Sequence record: ON529851.1
DNA length: 64,000 nucleotides
Direction: 5' to 3' (one strand)
In this document: one piece after another, positions 1-9,014 of the stretch
Position numbering within the stretch: position 1 is the first letter of the stretch
Layout: every line of letters begins with the position of its first letter
Notes under the pieces: generated by a model
The model's database searches: none
What the model saw: only the letters and a program-made list of their open reading frames with translations
What the model was told of the DNA's origin: nothing
Translations under genes and position numbers: made by a program

Positions 1-303
1 TCGCCCGTCGTCGCCGACCGCTTGCGCCAGCACGTAGCGGGCCACGGCGGCGTCCGCCGGGACGGCCCACGCCACAACCATATCCAGCGTGTTACCGTCG
101 GCGTCGTGGGCGAAGATCGGGGAAACAGGGCCAGGTTCTTCCACGACGTCGGACGGGTCGAGGCCGAAGGGTCCGTCGAGCCAGACGGCGCGGGCCATGG
201 TCAGGCCGTCGCTGTAGGCGTCGCGTTCGGCCAGCGTCGCAAAAGGGCCGTGAAGGATATTCGCCGGGCAACGCAGATAGTGTCCAACCGCTGAATCGGT
301 CAT
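1..303 (-). CDS. Hypothetical early protein, runs off window start
   Basis: ATG at 303-301 after GGGAGG RBS and CtrA-type promoter (346-360); frame open to base 1 (MTDSAVGHYLRCP...). Confidence 0.7.
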   Translation of the reverse strand, partial: MTDSAVGHYLRCPANILHGPFATLAERDAYSDGLTMARAVWLDGPFGLDPSDVVEEPGPVSPIFAHDADGNTLDMVVAWAVPADAAVARYVLAQAVGDDGR

Positions 304-411
304 TGGGGCCTCCCTTGAATGAGCCTCATGCCTAGCACCGATTCGTTAACAAGAGGTTAACGCCGTGCGGCGGTCGGGCGTTAACCTTAACGGGCGTTAG
401 GAAAGCCAGGG

Positions 412-822
412 TCACAGGCCCCGGCACGTTGGGCCGAACCCGGACTCGATCGACGCGGGGTCGGTCAGGGGCAGGGCGCAGCGCCCGCAGCGGCCCTCAT
501 GATAGACCTTGAGCGCGGGCGGGATGCGCCCGGCGGCGAGGTGGGGCCACGCCCACGCGAAGGCGCGCGCGGACGGGGCGTCGGCGCCGATGCTGGCGCG
601 GCGGCCATGCCGGAACGAATCATCGGCGAAGATCGTGCCGAGGAAGGTGTAGTCGGCTTCGTTGTCCGCGCCCGTCAGGACCGACACGAACCAGACGCTG
701 TCCTTGGCGCCCACGCGATAGGTGAAGCGGGCGCCGGTGGTCTCGCTGACCAGCGTGACGCGGGCGCGCCCGGCGAGCATGAAACGGCGGACGGTTTCGG
801 CGGACATTTCAGCGGCGGACAT
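412..822 (-). CDS. DUF6011-like Zn-ribbon protein
   Basis: C-terminal CGRCALPLTDPASIESGFGPTC matches the recalled DUF6011 pattern. Confidence 0.7.
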   Translation of the reverse strand: MSAAEMSAETVRRFMLAGRARVTLVSETTGARFTYRVGAKDSVWFVSVLTGADNEADYTFLGTIFADDSFRHGRRASIGADAPSARAFAWAWPHLAAGRIPPALKVYHEGRCGRCALPLTDPASIESGFGPTCRGL

Positions 823-964
823 GGGGTCGGCTCCGGGCGGGTGATCCTGTCACCCTAGAGCCGATTCGTTAACAAAAGGTTAAGCCCGCGCCGTCGCCGG
901 GACGCGTTAAGGTTAACCGGCGGCAGGCGGGAAAACGCCGCCCGGCGAACCGGGCGGCGCGGGA

Positions 965-1474
965 TCAGGGGGCCAGAGGATCGGGGGCGGGGATGATCTC
1001 GACTTGACGCCGGCCCTGCTTGACGCGCCCGACCTTGATTCGCTTCTCGACGGCGGCGCGCGCCCATTCGTTGCGCGTGGTCTCGGCGGCGTGGCGGCCC
1101 GTCTCATCAACGGCGCTGTAGATGGAATACAGCAGGCCGAACAACGCGACCTCCGGCATGGCCTTGACCGCCTCCAGCATTTCGCCGTTATCGTAGGCGC
1201 CTGACACTTCCACGACGCGCGTCCCCGCGCCGTGCTGCATCAGAATGTAGAAGGTCGATTTGCGGTCGCGGCGGCGCTCGCTTTCGCCGGTGCGGCGGAC
1301 GGCCAGCTTGACGTCATAGGCGCGGTAACAGACGCCCGTGCCGGGCTTGCCGTTGTCGCTTCCCAGGATTCGCATTTCGCGTTCCGGCAGGGGATGGCGC
1401 AGGACCTCGAAGGGCTCGAAAGTCGTGTCGTCGGCGTAGCCCGACCCACGGGCGATGATGGCGCTTTTCAGCAT
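965..1474 (-). CDS. Hypothetical early protein
   Basis: ORF track; GGAGA RBS, CtrA-type promoter, downstream terminator. Confidence 0.8.
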   Translation of the reverse strand: MLKSAIIARGSGYADDTTFEPFEVLRHPLPEREMRILGSDNGKPGTGVCYRAYDVKLAVRRTGESERRRDRKSTFYILMQHGAGTRVVEVSGAYDNGEMLEAVKAMPEVALFGLLYSIYSAVDETGRHAAETTRNEWARAAVEKRIKVGRVKQGRRQVEIIPAPDPLAP

Positions 1475-1528
1475 GAGGGGTCTCCGGTTGCGAGCCTGTA
1501 TCTCTACAGGCCCGGCGTTAACAGGGGC

Positions 1529-1966
1529 TTAATACGTGATGTCGTTCGTGCGGTCCCGCAGGGCCTCGGCGTAGGTGTCGAAGGGCGCCGATTCGGCCTC
1601 TTCTTCGGCGTCATACCAATGGAACTTCTCGACCGGGGCGGCGTCTTCCGTCGCGCCGGGGTAGGTGCGCAGGAAGACTTCCAAGTCTTCCAGATCGGCG
1701 TCGTCCGGGTCCATTTGCAGGGCGAGGGCCTTGGGCTGGGCCGGGACCGCGCCGCCCGAATAGACGTCCACGCACACGCCCATGAAGGTCGCGATTTCGG
1801 TCGCCTGCTTCAGGAACAGCCGCTGATTGTCGCGGGGCAGGGCTTGGGCCACGGCCACCGTATAGGCGTCGCTGGCGAGGCTCCAGACCAGTTCGGTGAA
1901 GGTCTCGACGCCGTCGTCCATATCGGCGTAACCGACGACGGTGTAAAAGGCGGGGGATTCGGCCAT
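1529..1966 (-). CDS. Acidic hypothetical early protein
   Basis: ORF track; RBS and promoter; D/E-rich. Confidence 0.8.
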   Translation of the reverse strand: MAESPAFYTVVGYADMDDGVETFTELVWSLASDAYTVAVAQALPRDNQRLFLKQATEIATFMGVCVDVYSGGAVPAQPKALALQMDPDDADLEDLEVFLRTYPGATEDAAPVEKFHWYDAEEEAESAPFDTYAEALRDRTNDITY

Positions 1967-2156
1967 GGGGCGCTCCTGTTTCGTTGGGGATACCCTAGAC
2001 CGCAGAAGTTAACAATAGGTTAAGACGATGCAGTTTTTCGGGCGGGCGCGCCGGGCGTTAACCTTAACAAGCCGTTAACCTTACCGGCGGGCGGGCAGGG
2101 GCGGCCCCGGCCTAGAGCCGGGGCGCCGGGGCGGCGTCGTTCCGCCCCGTTCCTTG

Positions 2157-2360
2157 TCAGTCTTCGTCCGGGCGGTAATCCGGGTCGGGATCGAAGCGAC
2201 CGCAGAAGGTGCGGCCCTCCGATTCCATGTCAGGCTGAAAATCCCGGATGACGTAGAGCGCCCGGCCCACGGTGTTGAGGTTGAGCACCGCGACCGGGGC
2301 GCCCTTCCGGTCGGCGGTGCGTTGCGCGTCGCGCTTGGCCTGATCGAGGGTCATGCTCAC
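2157..2360 (-). CDS. Hypothetical protein
   Basis: Start overlaps upstream stop; terminator at about 2104-2125. Confidence 0.75.
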   Translation of the reverse strand: MSMTLDQAKRDAQRTADRKGAPVAVLNLNTVGRALYVIRDFQPDMESEGRTFCGRFDPDPDYRPDED

Positions 2361-2725
2361 CCCTCGTAACGGTCGTGAACCGAAACCGGGCCGCCGAAGC
2401 GCGAGCCGCCGAGACGTTCCACGGCTTCGTTAAAGCGGCTGTCCGAGGTTCCGGCGTAGTTGCCGCCGAACATCAGCCAGCGCGTGTCCATCTCGCCGGT
2501 GTCCGTCGCCGGGACGATCTTGACCGCGCCGCGCACGTTGCCCTTGACCAGATAGGCGGCGGGGCGCGACGGGTTGGGGTCGAACGGGCCGTCGACGTTG
2601 ACCAGGGTCAGTTGCGCGACCTTGGACGACACGCCGCCGTTGGTGCAGTCCACCGAGTCCAGCTTCAAAATGTCGCCCGGTTGGTCGGCGGCGCAGCGGC
2701 GGTAGATGGAAACGATCAGGCCCAT
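2357..2725 (-). CDS. Phage hypothetical protein
   Basis: RBS, promoter; TNGGVSS / MFGGNY..TSDSRF motifs recalled from phage proteins. Confidence 0.8.
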   Translation of the reverse strand: MGLIVSIYRRCAADQPGDILKLDSVDCTNGGVSSKVAQLTLVNVDGPFDPNPSRPAAYLVKGNVRGAVKIVPATDTGEMDTRWLMFGGNYAGTSDSRFNEAVERLGGSRFGGPVSVHDRYEG

Positions 2726-2798
2726 GGGGCTCTCCTTTGTTTGACCTTCACACCATAGCGCGAAGGTCTTAACAAGAGGTTAACGCCGGAAAGATTTT

Positions 2799-2963
2799 TC
2801 AGGCGGCGGGAAACAGGGCAGCGGTCGAGACGCCGCCTAGCAGGGCGCGGCGGAACGGGTCGAGCGCGACCACGGCGGCGGCCTTCGTCTTGCGGGCGCG
2901 CGGCTTGGGGGCCTTCGCGGCGGCGGGCTTGCGGGCGCGGGGTGTCTTCGGGGCGTCGGTCAT
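2799..2963 (-). CDS. Small K/A/R-rich basic peptide (54 aa)
   Basis: ATG 2963 below degenerate box at 3020; MTDAPKTPRARKPAAAK... Confidence 0.5.
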   Translation of the reverse strand: MTDAPKTPRARKPAAAKAPKPRARKTKAAAVVALDPFRRALLGGVSTAALFPAA

Positions 2964-3123
2964 GGCAGGGCCTTTCAGCAGGGGTTGAAGTCCAGAGCCC
3001 GCAGCCTCGCATTGATTCCTTACCAAAGGATTAACGGGCCAGGCGCCGCCGCCGGGCGTTAACCTTAACGGATCGGGCGGGACCGTTAACCACGGCGGAG
3101 GGGGGTCCGCCGTGGTCGTGGGG

Positions 3124-3462
3124 TCAGTTCACCCCGGCGATGATCGACAGGTCGCCGTAGAACTTGCCCTTGAACGGGATGCAATCGCCTTGCGGCGAGA
3201 GTTGGTGTTCAATCCAGAACCGGTCGTCGCCCTCGACCTTGGAGCCGTGCACGTTGCTGTAGCCCTTGGCTTCCCACTCGGCCATGACCTCGGGGAAGGC
3301 GGCGCGGAAGGCCTCGCGCTCCATGGCGAACTTGAGTTCGCTCATGTAGGTGATCTGGATATAGCGGAAGGGGCCGATGGTCGGGCCTTCGAATCCCCAG
3401 TCCTCCATGTTCTGATCGGCGTCGTCGCGGCCATGGAACAGGCGCAGATGAACGTCGGACAT
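3124..3462 (-). CDS. Hypothetical early protein
   Basis: Start re-assigned to MSDVHL after GGAGA RBS. Confidence 0.8.
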   Translation of the reverse strand: MSDVHLRLFHGRDDADQNMEDWGFEGPTIGPFRYIQITYMSELKFAMEREAFRAAFPEVMAEWEAKGYSNVHGSKVEGDDRFWIEHQLSPQGDCIPFKGKFYGDLSIIAGVN

Positions 3463-3640
3463 TGGTCGTCTCCTCTTTCGATACAGACCACTATAGAGGC
3501 GATTCGTTAACAAGGAGTTAACGCCGGGACGATTTTTCGGGCGGCGCGGGCGGGCGTTAACCTTAACATCCTGTTAACCTTAACAACCGGTTTACAGGCC
3601 CGTTAACCATGGCGGGGGCGCCGCCATGGTCGGGGTCCGG

Positions 3641-3892
3641 TCAGGCCGCCGGGGGCGGCGGGATCGGGTGGCGCTCGGCGAGGCTCTTGGCGGTCCACGA
3701 GTCGGGGGTCGAGAGGTCATAGGACTCGGCGAACAGGCGGGCGCACTCCTGCACCGTCTCACCCTTCAGGTGGTCTTCATACCAGCTACGCAGTTGGTCT
3801 TCATCGGCGCCCGCGTCGCGGTAGTCGATGCCGTAGCCCGCCAGCAAGGCGGCGTTGGCGGCGGCGAGCCAGAGTTCAAACGTGGGATACAT
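3641..3892 (-). CDS. Hypothetical early protein
   Basis: ORF track; RBS and promoter. Confidence 0.8.
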   Translation of the reverse strand: MYPTFELWLAAANAALLAGYGIDYRDAGADEDQLRSWYEDHLKGETVQECARLFAESYDLSTPDSWTAKSLAERHPIPPPPAA

Positions 3893-4080
3893 CGGGCGTC
3901 TCTCCTTGTTCCGATGCTTAGATCATACCCGGCAGAAGTTAACAAGAGGTTAAGACCAGAAAGATTTTTCAGGGGCCGACCGGGGCGGCGTTAACCTTAA
4001 CAGACCTTAATCTTTTGTTAAGGTTAACGGGCGGGGCCAGGAAATGGTTAACGGCCGTTAACCACTCCCCTTAACCGTCC

Positions 4081-4365
4081 CTAGTTGGGACGGTCGTCGG
4101 TGAACTCGATTTTCTTTTCCGTGGCGGCGATCAGGGTCGTGACGTCGGCGATGGCGTCGTCCAGCTTGGCGGCGCCCTTGTAGGTCTTGCCGGTCCAGCC
4201 GCCGACCATCGCCAGCAGGTTCTTGGCGGTGTAGGCCCGGTTGACCTTCATGCCGATCTTGAGGGCGTGCAGGCCCCGCCGGACGGCGATCATCTGGTAG
4301 CGGGCGATGGCCTCGCCGGTGTGGGTGACGGCGCCGTGTTCGGAGATGTGGACTTGATCGGTCAT
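4081..4365 (-). CDS. Hypothetical early protein
   Basis: ORF track; RBS and promoter. Confidence 0.8.
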   Translation of the reverse strand: MTDQVHISEHGAVTHTGEAIARYQMIAVRRGLHALKIGMKVNRAYTAKNLLAMVGGWTGKTYKGAAKLDDAIADVTTLIAATEKKIEFTDDRPN

Positions 4366-4562
4366 GTCTGTGTTCCCTTGTTGGTGAGATCACTATAGCG
4401 GCCTAGTTCTTAACAACAAGTTAAAATCGAAATAAATCGTGCCTAACGGAAAGGGTTAATTTTTCGGGGCCGGGCGTTAACCTTAACAAGAGGTTAACGG
4501 CTGTTAAGGTTAACGCCAGCGGGTCAGGCGAGACCGCCCCGGCGAACCGGGGCGGCGGGGGG

Positions 4563-4808
4563 TCAGCCGATCTGAAACAGGATGCGCGACAGCTTCTCGC
4601 GCTGCCGGCGCCCGCCGACCGGGGCGAGCACTTTACGCACCCGCAGGGTCCAGCCGCGATCCGGCATGACCACGGCGGGGTGATCGTTCCACATCGCCCC
4701 GGCGCGGCGCTCGACGGCGGCCAGCGTCCCGGTCAGGGTTTCGGTGCGTTCGCCGGGCTCGCCGTGGCGGTTGGCGATGGTCAGGCGGTAGGTGGCGAGA
4801 TCGGTCAT
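4563..4808 (-). CDS. Hypothetical early protein
   Basis: ORF track; promoter 4853, terminator about 4535-4560. Confidence 0.8.
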   Translation of the reverse strand: MTDLATYRLTIANRHGEPGERTETLTGTLAAVERRAGAMWNDHPAVVMPDRGWTLRVRKVLAPVGGRRQREKLSRILFQIG

Positions 4809-4903
4809 GGGCGGCTCCCGGTGGTTGATCCCGCCACACTACAGGCGAGGTCTTAACAAGGGGTTAACAGCAGGGGCGCCCCGGCGAACCGGGGCGGCGG
4901 GGG

Positions 4904-5527
4904 TCAGCCCAGATGAATGGCGCCGTCGTCGCCGGTGTAGAGATAGACCTCTTCGGGGTATTTTTGCGCGGCTTCCGTCAGGGCCTCGCCCTCCGCTTCG
5001 GGCCAGTCGCCGTCTTCCCAATACCCGACGCCGCTGCGGGTCCGGGTCATGTAGAAGTCATAACCGGCTTGCTCCTGCACCGAACAATTGACCGCGCGGA
5101 CCTCGCCCGACGCATAGGCCGCTTCCAAGGTGGCGGCGTTCTCGCGTTGGAAGCGTTCGCAATCCGCGACCATTTCGCGCAAGCCGTCCGGGTGAATCTC
5201 TTCCGGGCAAATCGTGTTGTCGCGGTCGTGGTCCGCGTTGGGGTGTCCGGTCGGATACTCGGCGCCGTTGGAGGCGGCGGCGGCGATGTAGCCGCGCGTG
5301 AACGAATCGCACGGCGTCAGGATCGACCAGGACTCGGCCTCATAGGCGGCGCGCGCCTCGGCGTTGGCCTCTTCGAGGGCGTCCACAACGGCGCGGGCTT
5401 CCGCGACCAGAGCGGCGGGTTCCGTGTGTGGGTATTGCATCACCGTCAGGGCGGCGATCTGCTTCGCCGTCAGGGGGCTATATTCGGGGACCGTGGTTTC
5501 GGCGGTCAGCTTGGCGAGGGTCGTCAT
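4904..5527 (-). CDS. Phage hypothetical protein (AGxDF.MTR..xGxG.W type)
   Basis: Start MTTLAKL after RBS; QAGYDFYMTRTRSGVGYW motif. Confidence 0.8.
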   Translation of the reverse strand: MTTLAKLTAETTVPEYSPLTAKQIAALTVMQYPHTEPAALVAEARAVVDALEEANAEARAAYEAESWSILTPCDSFTRGYIAAAASNGAEYPTGHPNADHDRDNTICPEEIHPDGLREMVADCERFQRENAATLEAAYASGEVRAVNCSVQEQAGYDFYMTRTRSGVGYWEDGDWPEAEGEALTEAAQKYPEEVYLYTGDDGAIHLG

Positions 5528-5896
5528 GGGGTTGCTCCCGTTGATGTGTGAGCATATTGCACGGCAAGGTCTTAACAACAAGTTAACGCCACGCAGATTT
5601 TTCAGCGGGCGGGCGGGCGTTAAGGTTAATGCGAAAGGCTCGCAAGGGGCGGCGTTAACCTTAACAGAATCGCCCGAAAAATTAACCACGCCCGTTGACG
5701 CTTTCTTAACGACTCGGCGCTAGGCTCAAGGGTTCCATAGCCACGCCTCGCGCCGGGTCCGACCCCCCGCGCGCGGTGGTCCGCGCTCGCCTCATCCGGG
5801 GCGGGGCGCCCGGCCACGCGCCCCGACATCAGGAGGCGCGAGCCCGCCCGGCTGGGCGGTCGATCGGTCATGCCGGCGGCCGCCAGGGCGGGGGTG

Positions 5897-6056
5897 CGTC
5901 GAATCGAAACGGCGTCAGGTCAAGTCGGCCGGCGTCAAATCGAAATGGCGTCAAGTCAAGTTTGATCGTGTCAAATCGAAATGGCGTCAAGTCAAGTTCG
6001 CCCGCGTCAAATCGAAACGGCGTCAGGTCAAGTTCGCCCGCGTCAAGTTTGATCCG
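5897..6056. repeat. 4 x 36-bp tandem repeat, two CGTCAA-type motifs per unit
   Basis: Units at 5897, 5933, 5969, 6005 (cgtcaaatcgaaayggcgtcargtcaagt...) plus partial at 6041. Confidence 0.95.
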
Positions 6057-6080
6057 CCAGGACCTGAGCGAAAACGAAGA

Positions 6081-6109
6081 CGCCCGGCGCGCATGAAAGC
6101 GGCCGGGCG
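6081..6109 (-). terminator. Intrinsic terminator
   Basis: CGCCCGGC...GCCGGGCG stem below the 22-aa peptide ORF. Confidence 0.6.
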
Positions 6110-6124
6110 TCAGGGGTCATCCGT

Positions 6125-6193
6125 TCAGAAACAGAGACCCACAATCATGAGGGCGAAAACGATCTTGGACGCGGAACAGAGTTTATCGAGCAT
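6125..6193 (-). CDS. 22-aa hydrophobic peptide MLDKLCSASKIVFALMIVGLCF
   Basis: AGAAGGAAG upstream, terminator downstream, paralog at 23546-23614. Confidence 0.65.
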   Translation of the reverse strand: MLDKLCSASKIVFALMIVGLCF

Positions 6194-6217
6194 ATTCAGG
6201 GGCTTCCTTCTACTAAG

Positions 6218-6361
6218 GAGTCACGCCCGGTAGTAAACGTGACAGGTCGTGGGAACGCTACAGGGAGAAAACTCGCGAGTCATCGTTCGGGGCTAACGTG
6301 ACTGAACTATTTGTTAATCCGGGGCCGGGTCTGGAGTCACGCTGGGTGGGAAACGTGACTC
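6218..6361. repeat. Three 28-bp dyads AGTCACG-N12-CGTGAC
   Basis: Dyads start at 6218, 6277, 6334. Confidence 0.9.
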
Positions 6362-6374
6362 CGGGGTTTCGGTT

Positions 6375-7358
6375 TCAGGCCTCGGCTTGGCGGACGACCG
6401 TGGCGGCGGTCGTGCGGCTGGCGAACTGCTCGCTCGCGATGTCCCCCTTCAGCCCCTCAAAGGCCATGATGCTCGCCCTCAGGTCCGGGGTGATGTAGTC
6501 GGTCCCCTCAGCGGTCGCGTCCGCCTGAAACAGGTCCAGCAGGCGCGCCCGCACCCCGGCGGCGTCGTCCGCATAGAGGATCGGCGCGCCCTCCTGCTCG
6601 GGCTCGATCCGATACGGGCGCCGCTCGCACTCGATCTCGAACGGCCCTTGCCAGTTGCGGACCTCGACCGGCGCCAGGGCGGCGTCGGACAGTTCGTCAA
6701 AGACGCCGTTCTCACGGTCGCCGCATTCCTCGACCTCGGCCTGAGACACGAAGAACTCATGGCGGGCGTCGTCCGCCGCGATAGCGTGGTCCATGATCCA
6801 CGCCTGACCTTGGAAGGTCGCGCGATAGGGCAGGGTTTCGGGCGCCGGCAGGGCGGACGCCGGGGGGTCGCGGTCCATCCAGAAGCGGTAGAGGGCCGCC
6901 CAGGCGCGCGCCCGCTGGCGGTCGCCGGTCGCGGGCAGATAGGCGTCGTGCAGGGCCTCGGCGGCGGCGGCCCGGTCCGGGCCGTCCGGATCGGCCTGAT
7001 CCGCCTCATGGGCGTCGAAGGTCAGCAGGACGGCTTGCGTATGGCGGGCGGTCCATTCACCGGCCGGACCCGCCGCCAGAACCTCGCGCACCTCGGGGAG
7101 GGTCAGGTGGGAAAACTGGGCAGGGTCCCCGGCGATCAATTCCGCAGGGTCCCCGGCCTTGGATTCGGCAGGGTCCCCGGTGATGAATTGGGCAGGGTCC
7201 CCGGCGATGGATTCGGCAGGGTCCCCCCGCTCGATTCCGTCCGCGATGACATAGAGCCGACCGATGAGGCCTTGGGCGGCTTCCGGCGTGGGGTTGTGGC
7301 GCAGCGCCAGCACTTGGGCGGCGGCGGCGCGGATCAGGGCGGGATAGGTGGTGCTCAT
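6375..7358 (-). CDS. Hypothetical protein with 5 x GDPA 8-aa repeat
   Basis: ORF track; GGAG RBS; repeat encoded by a 24-bp GGGTCCC array. Confidence 0.8.
   Translation of the reverse strand: MSTTYPALIRAAAAQVLALRHNPTPEAAQGLIGRLYVIADGIERGDPAESIAGDPAQFITGDPAESKAGDPAELIAGDPAQFSHLTLPEVREVLAAGPAGEWTARHTQAVLLTFDAHEADQADPDGPDRAAAAEALHDAYLPATGDRQRARAWAALYRFWMDRDPPASALPAPETLPYRATFQGQAWIMDHAIAADDARHEFFVSQAEVEECGDRENGVFDELSDAALAPVEVRNWQGPFEIECERRPYRIEPEQEGAPILYADDAAGVRARLLDLFQADATAEGTDYITPDLRASIMAFEGLKGDIASEQFASRTTAATVVRQAEA
7123..7225. repeat. 5 x GGGTCCC at 24-bp period inside a CDS
   Basis: 7123, 7147, 7171, 7195, 7219. Confidence 0.95.
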
Positions 7359-7496
7359 AAAGGGCTCCTCTTGGAGGGAGATGATCAGAGGTCCTGTCTA
7401 CCGGGAAGAAGTTAACATCCGGTTAACGGGGCGCATTCAGCGGCGGCGGCGCGTTTACCCGGCGTTAAGGTTAACGGCGGACGGGCGACCCGAAAG

Positions 7497-7530
7497 CGCC
7501 CGCCGGGGGAGACAACCCGGCGGGCGCGGT
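7497..7530 (-). terminator. Terminator hairpin with GTTGTCTCCC loop (also 15116-15145, 18645-18678)
   Basis: GCCGGG/CCCGGC stem, same loop in three places. Confidence 0.7.
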
Positions 7531-7550
7531 CCTGACGGGGAGACAGTCCG

Positions 7551-8033
7551 TCAGGAGATCGGGGTCAGTTCGTCCTCGAAGGCGTCGTATTCGGCGCCGT
7601 CGTCGGTGCGGACCCGATACATCGGGCCGACCTCCGCGTCGGCTTCGTCCTCAGCCAGCACGCGCAGAACCTCAGCCGGTGTGTCCGGGGCGGTGATGGC
7701 GTCCGAGCAGGTCGAGGTGAACAGGACTTGGGCGCCGGGCTCGAACGCAGGGGCCTGGGGCTCGGCGCCGTCTTCGTCGTCGTTAGACGCCTGGAACTCC
7801 GCCGACGACCCGTCGATCTGGGTGCCGGGCCAGGACACGCCAGGATCGGCCAGCATCCGCAGACAGCCGCTGATGTCGGGCTGGGCGCGGGTGCCGATAT
7901 AGTCGCTGTAGGCATCGGGGACGCCGACCGGGGTTCCGGGGTTCTCGGCGTGGTAGCGTTGCAGGGCCGCGTCGAACAGTTGGCGGGGGTCGGTCACGTC
8001 GAGGGTGATGGTGATCTGATAGGCGTCGCGCAT
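7551..8033 (-). CDS. Acidic hypothetical early protein
   Basis: ORF track; RBS, promoter, terminator. Confidence 0.8.
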   Translation of the reverse strand: MRDAYQITITLDVTDPRQLFDAALQRYHAENPGTPVGVPDAYSDYIGTRAQPDISGCLRMLADPGVSWPGTQIDGSSAEFQASNDDEDGAEPQAPAFEPGAQVLFTSTCSDAITAPDTPAEVLRVLAEDEADAEVGPMYRVRTDDGAEYDAFEDELTPIS

Positions 8034-8102
8034 GGGGCTCTCCCGGCTGGGGTGTTGATGACCTGACCCTACAGGTCAGGTCTTAACAAACGGTTAACAG
8101 GA

Positions 8103-8855
8103 TCAGGATTTGACCGGGGCGATGAGGCTGAACAGTTCGTTGTAGTCGTCGCCCTCGGGCGCCTTCTCCTCGGCGTTCAGCTTGTCGTCATAGGCCTTCG
8201 CCGCCGCGACGGTGCGGTCGTAGGCGTCCGCCTTGGCCTTCATGTCCGAGGCGTCCGTGCCGCCCGTCGCGGCGATCAGGGCGTGGCGCGCGGCTTCGGG
8301 CAGGGCGTCCCAGGCCTGATCATCCAGATCAAAGGCGCCCATGGCGCGGCTGGCGTCGTCGCGCTCGGCCTCGTCCAGTTCAGCCACGCGGGCTTGCAGC
8401 CGGGCGCGCTGTTCGGCGTCGGCCAGATTGGCGACGATGAAGCGCAGGTCCACCGGCTTGATCCCGTTGCCGCGCAGGAAGGCGACGACACGATCCCAGT
8501 CCGCGACCTCGGCCAAGGCGTCGCGCGGTTGCAGATCGTCCAGGCGGGCGGCGTGGTTGTCGCTGGCCTCGGACAGCATGGCGACCAGGGCCGGCGCCGT
8601 GGCGTCGTCCAGCAGGGCGGTGGAGCGGGCCAGGACCTTGCAGTGGGCTTGGTCGATGTCCCAGTCGATGGTTGAGGTCAGGGTCAGTTCCGACATGGCG
8701 GTCCAACCGTCTTGCAGGTCGGTGTCTTGCGCGAGCAGGGCGCGGGCGGCGACGACGGCCTCCTGCCCGCTCGCGGCCTCGACCGCGACGACCTTGAAGG
8801 CGTTGAGGGTGGCGTAGGCGGTGATGTGGAAGCTGTGCAGGGCGGGGCTGGACAT
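8103..8855 (-). CDS. Hypothetical early protein
   Basis: ORF track; RBS and promoter. Confidence 0.8.
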   Translation of the reverse strand: MSSPALHSFHITAYATLNAFKVVAVEAASGQEAVVAARALLAQDTDLQDGWTAMSELTLTSTIDWDIDQAHCKVLARSTALLDDATAPALVAMLSEASDNHAARLDDLQPRDALAEVADWDRVVAFLRGNGIKPVDLRFIVANLADAEQRARLQARVAELDEAERDDASRAMGAFDLDDQAWDALPEAARHALIAATGGTDASDMKAKADAYDRTVAAAKAYDDKLNAEEKAPEGDDYNELFSLIAPVKS

Positions 8856-9014
8856 GGTGTCTCCTGTCGTTGCGTTGAGGCTGTTCTAGCAGCCATTCCT
8901 TAACAAGAAGTTAACGCCAGTCAATTCTTTTCAGGCGGCGGGGCGACCGCCAGGCCCGTTAACCTTAACGCGAGCGGGTCGCAGAACGCCCGGCCAAAGC
9001 CGGGCGCCTTTGAC

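Noticed and set aside
5897-6056. Mini-CRISPR
   Set aside because: Variable part is only about 7 nt; simple 36-bp tandem repeat
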